From a virus (taxonomy: Duplodnaviria; Caudoviricetes): 64,000 nucleotides of DNA. Position numbers and translations under genes: made by a program. The stretch covers positions 445 through 64,444 of the IMG/VR virus record IMGVR_UViG_3300043781_000069; one strand, written 5' to 3'. Shown piece by piece: positions 59,670-64,000 of this stretch (its first letter is position 1; the number at the start of each line of letters is the position of its first letter). The notes under the pieces were generated by a model. It was not told where the DNA came from. It made no database searches and worked only from the letters and a program-made list of their open reading frames with translations.

Positions 59670-60802
59670 GCTCACCAACCCACCATGCTTTATTATCGGC
59701 TTCCAGTGCCAATCGGTGGCTAAGTGCTCCGCCATTACCACGTCTAGAGCAATACTTCCCGCACTCCACATCAGAAGCCGCCGCTGAGGGAACTGTTGCT
59801 CACGCTTTAGGTGAATACAAGATCCATCGGCTGCTCGGCGATCAGTTCAAGCGTCCCACCTCGGATTATCAATCCGATGAGATGGAAAGTTTAACTGATG
59901 ACTATGCCAGTTATGTCATAGAGCAATACACCCAGGCTAAACAATATGCGGCTGATGCCAACATTAGCGTGGAACAGAAGCTGGACTTCTCTAAATATGT
60001 CCCACAGGGCTTCGGTACTGGCGATTGTGTGATTGTTTCTGATCACCTGCTCCATATCATCGACTTCAAATACGGCAAAGGTGTCCGTGTGGAAGCTAAA
60101 AACAATCCGCAGATGAAACTTTACGCGATCGGAGCCCTCGAGATGTTCGGCAGTCTTTACAACATTGATGAAGTCGAAGCAACGATCTTTCAACCCCGCA
60201 TGGCCAACATCAGTACTTGGACCATCAATGCCAAAGAACTGATGCACTGGGCCAACACCGAACTGAAAGAAAAAGCTGAACTGGCCTTCGCTGGTCAGGG
60301 AACGGTCCGATATGGTCCCTGGTGTCAGTTTTCAGCCTGCAATGCGGTACTGCGTGCTCGCTACAATTATCATCACAAGCTCACCCGGTTTCAGCTCCGT
60401 TCACCGAGTTTACTAACAGACAGCGAAGTAGCTGAAGTTCTGGAACATATTGATGATTTAAATCGGTGGGCACACGAAGTTAAAGATTACGCTGCTGACT
60501 TGGCAATTAATCATGGTAAGCGGTGGCCGGGCTACAAAATTGTTGAAGGCCGTTCCATCCGTCGTTATAAAGATGAGAAAGCAGTCGCCAAGATTGCTGA
60601 AACTAATGGCATTCATAACATCTACCAACAAAAGTTATTGCCAATTACTAAGTTAGAAAAACAGCTCGGCAAAAATAAATTCGCCGAACTGTTCAGTCAG
60701 GAAATTGTGAAACCTGCGGGTAAGCCAACCCTGGTGCCGAATTCCGATTGGCGTCAAAGTATTGGTAAATCGAACCCGAAGGATGAATTTAAGGAGGAAT
60801 AA
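59666..60802 (+). CDS. DUF2800 Cas4-like exonuclease
   Basis: Homologue of 22202-23341; FGTGD, IIDFKYGKG. Confidence 0.85.
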   Translation: MSSPTHHALLSASSANRWLSAPPLPRLEQYFPHSTSEAAAEGTVAHALGEYKIHRLLGDQFKRPTSDYQSDEMESLTDDYASYVIEQYTQAKQYAADANISVEQKLDFSKYVPQGFGTGDCVIVSDHLLHIIDFKYGKGVRVEAKNNPQMKLYAIGALEMFGSLYNIDEVEATIFQPRMANISTWTINAKELMHWANTELKEKAELAFAGQGTVRYGPWCQFSACNAVLRARYNYHHKLTRFQLRSPSLLTDSEVAEVLEHIDDLNRWAHEVKDYAADLAINHGKRWPGYKIVEGRSIRRYKDEKAVAKIAETNGIHNIYQQKLLPITKLEKQLGKNKFAELFSQEIVKPAGKPTLVPNSDWRQSIGKSNPKDEFKEE

Positions 60803-60806
60803 TAAT

Positions 60807-61358
60807 ATGTCACAACAAACAAAAGTCGTTACCGGTATCAACACTCGTCTCTCATACGCCAATGTTTGGGAACCAAAATCCATCAATGGTGGCAAGGAAA
60901 AATATTCGGTCAGTCTGATCATCCCCAAATCTGACAAGAAGACTATTACGGCGATTGAAAAAGCTATTGATGCCGCTATTCAAGAAGGCATCGGCAAGTT
61001 TGGCGGCAAAAAGCCTAACAAAGCCACTCTTAAGCTGCCTTTACGCGATGGCGACGTTGAACGAGATGATGAAGCATATCAAAATAGTTACTTCATTAAC
61101 GCTAACTCCATTACTGCCCCACAGATTGTGGATAAGCATGTCCAACCAATTCTCGACCGCAATGAAGTTTACAGCGGATGCTACGCTCGAGTATCGATCA
61201 ACTTCTACGCTTTCAACACTAACGGTAATCGCGGAATTGCCTGTGGACTTGGCAATATCCAGAAGATTCGGGATGGGGAGCCGCTTGGTGGCCATGCTAG
61301 TGCCAGCGATGACTTTACCGCCATTGATGACAACAGTGATGATGATTTCTTAGCTTAA
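60807..61358 (+). CDS. DUF2815 ssDNA-binding protein
   Basis: Near-identical protein to 23343-23894. Confidence 0.85.
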   Translation: MSQQTKVVTGINTRLSYANVWEPKSINGGKEKYSVSLIIPKSDKKTITAIEKAIDAAIQEGIGKFGGKKPNKATLKLPLRDGDVERDDEAYQNSYFINANSITAPQIVDKHVQPILDRNEVYSGCYARVSINFYAFNTNGNRGIACGLGNIQKIRDGEPLGGHASASDDFTAIDDNSDDDFLA

Positions 61359-61413
61359 ATCAAAAGATGGGCAGCCGAAAAGGACTACCCATTTTTTGTA
61401 GAAAGGATTTCTA

Positions 61414-63348
61414 ATGAAACAGCTTTCGATTGATATTGAAACTTATTCCAGCACCAACCTAAATCAGACCGGGGTTTACCGTTATGCCGATAGTGATGAC
61501 TTTGAACTCTTGCTATTCGGCTATGCTGTCGACTTTGGACCAGTTAAAGTCGTTGATTTAACCCAAGGCGAAAAGATTCCATCACAGATTATCCAAGCCC
61601 TGGACGACCCTGCCATTATTAAAAGTGCCTTCAACGCGCAGTTTGAACGCGTCTGCCTATCACGTTTTGTTGGTCACCGCTTAAAGCCGGCTGGTTGGCA
61701 TTGTTCACGAGTTTGGTCAGCTACCCTCGGTCTGCCCTTATCCCTCCGTGACGTAGGGACAGTTCTTGGCCTTCCCCGTCAAAAGATCACCGCTGGCAAA
61801 GAACTAGTACGCTACTTTTGCACTTCCTGCAAGCCTACAAAAGCCGACCAAAACCGCACTCGTAATTTTCCCTACCATGCACCCGACAAATGGCAGCAAT
61901 TCAAACAGTACAACCAACGTGACGTTGAAGTTGAAATGGAAATCACCCAGAAGCTCGAACGCTTTCCAGTTCCAAAAAATGAATGGGAAAACTACTGGAT
62001 GGATCAGGATATCAATGATCGTGGTATTCGGATCGATCAACAATTAGTTAGCAATGCGATCAAGTGCCAAGAGGAGTTTCACAACCAATACCTGAAAATG
62101 TCTCAACAACTAACAGGTTTGGATAATCCGAACTCGCCCCTGCAGTTAAAAGATTGGCTCAACCAGCGGGGAGTGAATACCGACTCTCTATCCAAAGCCT
62201 CAGTAGCTCAACTTTTACAAACTACCACCGATAAGGTTCATCAAGTTCTAAGCCTGCGTCAACTATTATCAAAGTCTAGCGTAAAGAAGTATCAGGCAAT
62301 GCAAAAATCAATGTGCCAAGATGGTCGCGTTCATGGACTCCTGCAATTTTATGGTGCCAATCGGACTGGGCGGTGGGCTGGGCGCTTAGTACAAGTACAA
62401 AACCTGCCACGCAATTCAATGCCTGACCTAGAAGAAGCTCGTGAACTAGTTAAACAAGGCAGCACTACTGTGCTCTCGATGCTTTACGACTCAGTACCTG
62501 ACGTCCTATCACAATTAATTAGAACTGCCTTCATCCCCAGCCAAGGACATCATTTCTATGTAGCTGACTTTTCAGCCGTTGAAGCACGTGTAATTGCTTG
62601 GCTCTCTGATGAGCAATGGCGACAAGAGGCCTTTGCCAATAATGAGGACATCTACTGTGCATCCGCTAGTCAGATGTTCGGGGTTCCCGTTGTTAAGCAT
62701 GGGGTTAATGGTGGACTCCGGCAAAAGGGTAAGATTGCTGAACTTGCACTAGGCTATGGTGGTTCCATCGGTGCACTCAAAGCGATGGGTGCCACTAAAT
62801 TGGGTTTAACCGAGGAAGAATTACTCCCGTTAGTACAAATGTGGCGTAATGCCAGCCCTCATATAGTGCAGTTTTGGTGGGATATCGACAGAGCAGCAAA
62901 AGAATGCATTAAATCACATCTACCGCAAGCCACCCACGGCATGAGGTTTATTTATCGTAGTGGCTGCATGTTCTTACGATTACGGTCCGGTCGCTATCTC
63001 TGCTATCCTCAACCCAAGATTGGTACCAACCGTTTTGGCAGTGAATCAATTACTTTTATGGGTATCAACACTGTTAAAAAGTGGTCCCGTATTGAAACTT
63101 ATGGGGCGAAGCTCGTCGAAAACATTGTTCAAGCAACCAGTCGCGATCTATTAGCTGAAGCAATGCGACGTTTAGAAGCAGCCGGTAACCCAGTCGTAAT
63201 GCACATTCATGACGAAGCCGTAATTGAAGCCCCAACTGGGCGTTCACTCGCTACCATGGTCAAGATTATGACTGAAGTGCCTGATTGGGCAAATGGTCTA
63301 ATTTTGAACGCTGCTGGTTTTGTCGGTGATTTTTACAAAAAAGATTAA
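61414..63348 (+). CDS. Phage family A DNA polymerase
   Basis: 644 aa, same motifs as 23950-25884. Confidence 0.92.
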   Translation: MKQLSIDIETYSSTNLNQTGVYRYADSDDFELLLFGYAVDFGPVKVVDLTQGEKIPSQIIQALDDPAIIKSAFNAQFERVCLSRFVGHRLKPAGWHCSRVWSATLGLPLSLRDVGTVLGLPRQKITAGKELVRYFCTSCKPTKADQNRTRNFPYHAPDKWQQFKQYNQRDVEVEMEITQKLERFPVPKNEWENYWMDQDINDRGIRIDQQLVSNAIKCQEEFHNQYLKMSQQLTGLDNPNSPLQLKDWLNQRGVNTDSLSKASVAQLLQTTTDKVHQVLSLRQLLSKSSVKKYQAMQKSMCQDGRVHGLLQFYGANRTGRWAGRLVQVQNLPRNSMPDLEEARELVKQGSTTVLSMLYDSVPDVLSQLIRTAFIPSQGHHFYVADFSAVEARVIAWLSDEQWRQEAFANNEDIYCASASQMFGVPVVKHGVNGGLRQKGKIAELALGYGGSIGALKAMGATKLGLTEEELLPLVQMWRNASPHIVQFWWDIDRAAKECIKSHLPQATHGMRFIYRSGCMFLRLRSGRYLCYPQPKIGTNRFGSESITFMGINTVKKWSRIETYGAKLVENIVQATSRDLLAEAMRRLEAAGNPVVMHIHDEAVIEAPTGRSLATMVKIMTEVPDWANGLILNAAGFVGDFYKKD

Positions 63349-63355
63349 TCTTCAT

Positions 63356-63394
63356 GGTTTACTTTCAGTCCTCATCTGGCTTATCAGTGAGGAC
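63356..63394 (+). promoter_or_regulatory. Bipartite motif copy 5, embedded in hairpin
   Basis: GGTTTACTT-N11-CTGGCTTAT; GTCCTCA..TGAGGAC stem. Confidence 0.6.
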
Positions 63395-63432
63395 TTTTTT
63401 AGTTCTTAAATTTTATGAAAGGATCTGAATTA

Positions 63433-63828
63433 ATGTCAGAAGTCATTCAAGCCCAAGCGGCAATCGACAAGCTGCGGATTGATAAGTCAAATTCTCACTA
63501 CCGGCCCTTTATCTTTGTCATCGCTCCATTTACAGAGGTTGTGAAAAGACAGGATAAAGCAATTCAGGCAGTTCAAAGCTACTGCCGCTTTGTCTACCAA
63601 GCAGGTGGTATTCCAATCTGTCCACAACTTTATCTACCGCAATTCATTAACATGCACCGTTCGCGAGAATTTCAAATCGCTGCTTTTATTAATATCGTGC
63701 TGCTCACCAAATGCTCTGAAGCCTGGTCATTCGGTCAACCAACTCATGACATGCGATATTTCTGCCGTTTAGCTAAACGCAAGGGCAAAAAGGTTCGTTA
63801 CTTTAATTTGAAAATGGAGGTTCATTAA
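63433..63828 (+). CDS. DUF4406-like protein
   Basis: YRPFIFVIAPF..PICPQLYLPQF..LLTKCSEAWSFG. Confidence 0.7.
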   Translation: MSEVIQAQAAIDKLRIDKSNSHYRPFIFVIAPFTEVVKRQDKAIQAVQSYCRFVYQAGGIPICPQLYLPQFINMHRSREFQIAAFINIVLLTKCSEAWSFGQPTHDMRYFCRLAKRKGKKVRYFNLKMEVH

Positions 63829-63829
63829 G

Positions 63830-64000
63830 ATGCACTTTACCTTATCCACTGCCCTGGTAACTGGTCAGGCTAGCAACACTAGCTATCCTCAACAGATCAT
63901 CATTACCAACCAAGATGAATTGCTCAAAGCAGTTAGCCACGACCATGTCTGCGGAATTTTCAAATCTAACCAACGAAATATTGGGAACTTTATCAGTGCG
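63830..64000 (+). CDS. Primase-helicase, N-terminal part (runs off window)
   Basis: MHFTLSTA..GQASNT.YP..HDHVCG, homologous to 26359 onward. Confidence 0.8.
   Translation, partial: MHFTLSTALVTGQASNTSYPQQIIITNQDELLKAVSHDHVCGIFKSNQRNIGNFISA

Larger units (their letters stand above)
47565..64000. mobile_element. Element 3: left part of a related phage-like element with a different defence island
   Basis: Starts at att junction 2; 58365-64000 colinear with 20915-26530. Confidence 0.8.

Noticed and set aside
58365-64000. Element 3 as an assembly duplication of element 2
   Set aside because: Pervasive, mostly synonymous divergence and different cargo show distinct elements.

Overview
Lactobacillaceae-like (probably Limosilactobacillus) chromosomal region made up almost entirely of a tandem array of three related phage-like elements. 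Two 48-bp minus-strand fragments (8733-8780 and 47517-47564) both encode SWHVESVTVLERTEK*, the C-terminus of an RlmD/RumA-type RNA methyltransferase, and differ only at synonymous positions. They look like att junctions left by repeated integration into the 3' end of that gene. Element 1 (left of 8780) is a deleted, IS-disrupted remnant. Element 2 (about 8781-47564, 38.8 kb) is full length: a 12-kb defence operon (Hachiman-like pair, split-methyltransferase R-M system, GmrSD, DUF2513), a sigma-like regulator, a family-A polymerase/primase/SNF2 replication module, an HK97-type head module ending at the head-tail adaptor and a holin with no tail genes and no endolysin, a type I TA-like locus, two large serine recombinases and a mucus-binding LPxTG adhesin. 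Element 3 (47565 to beyond the window) has the same backbone and a different defence island (AbiH, NgoAVII/CglI-like R-M with Vsr, RloC-like ABC ATPase). Non-coding signals shared between copies include a GGTTYACTT-N11-CTGGCWWAT motif (5 copies), a switch-like leader upstream of the sigma-like gene, an iteron-like origin and a cos-like site. Many single-base frameshifts in element 2 may be decay or sequencing error. All family assignments come from motif recognition, not database searches.
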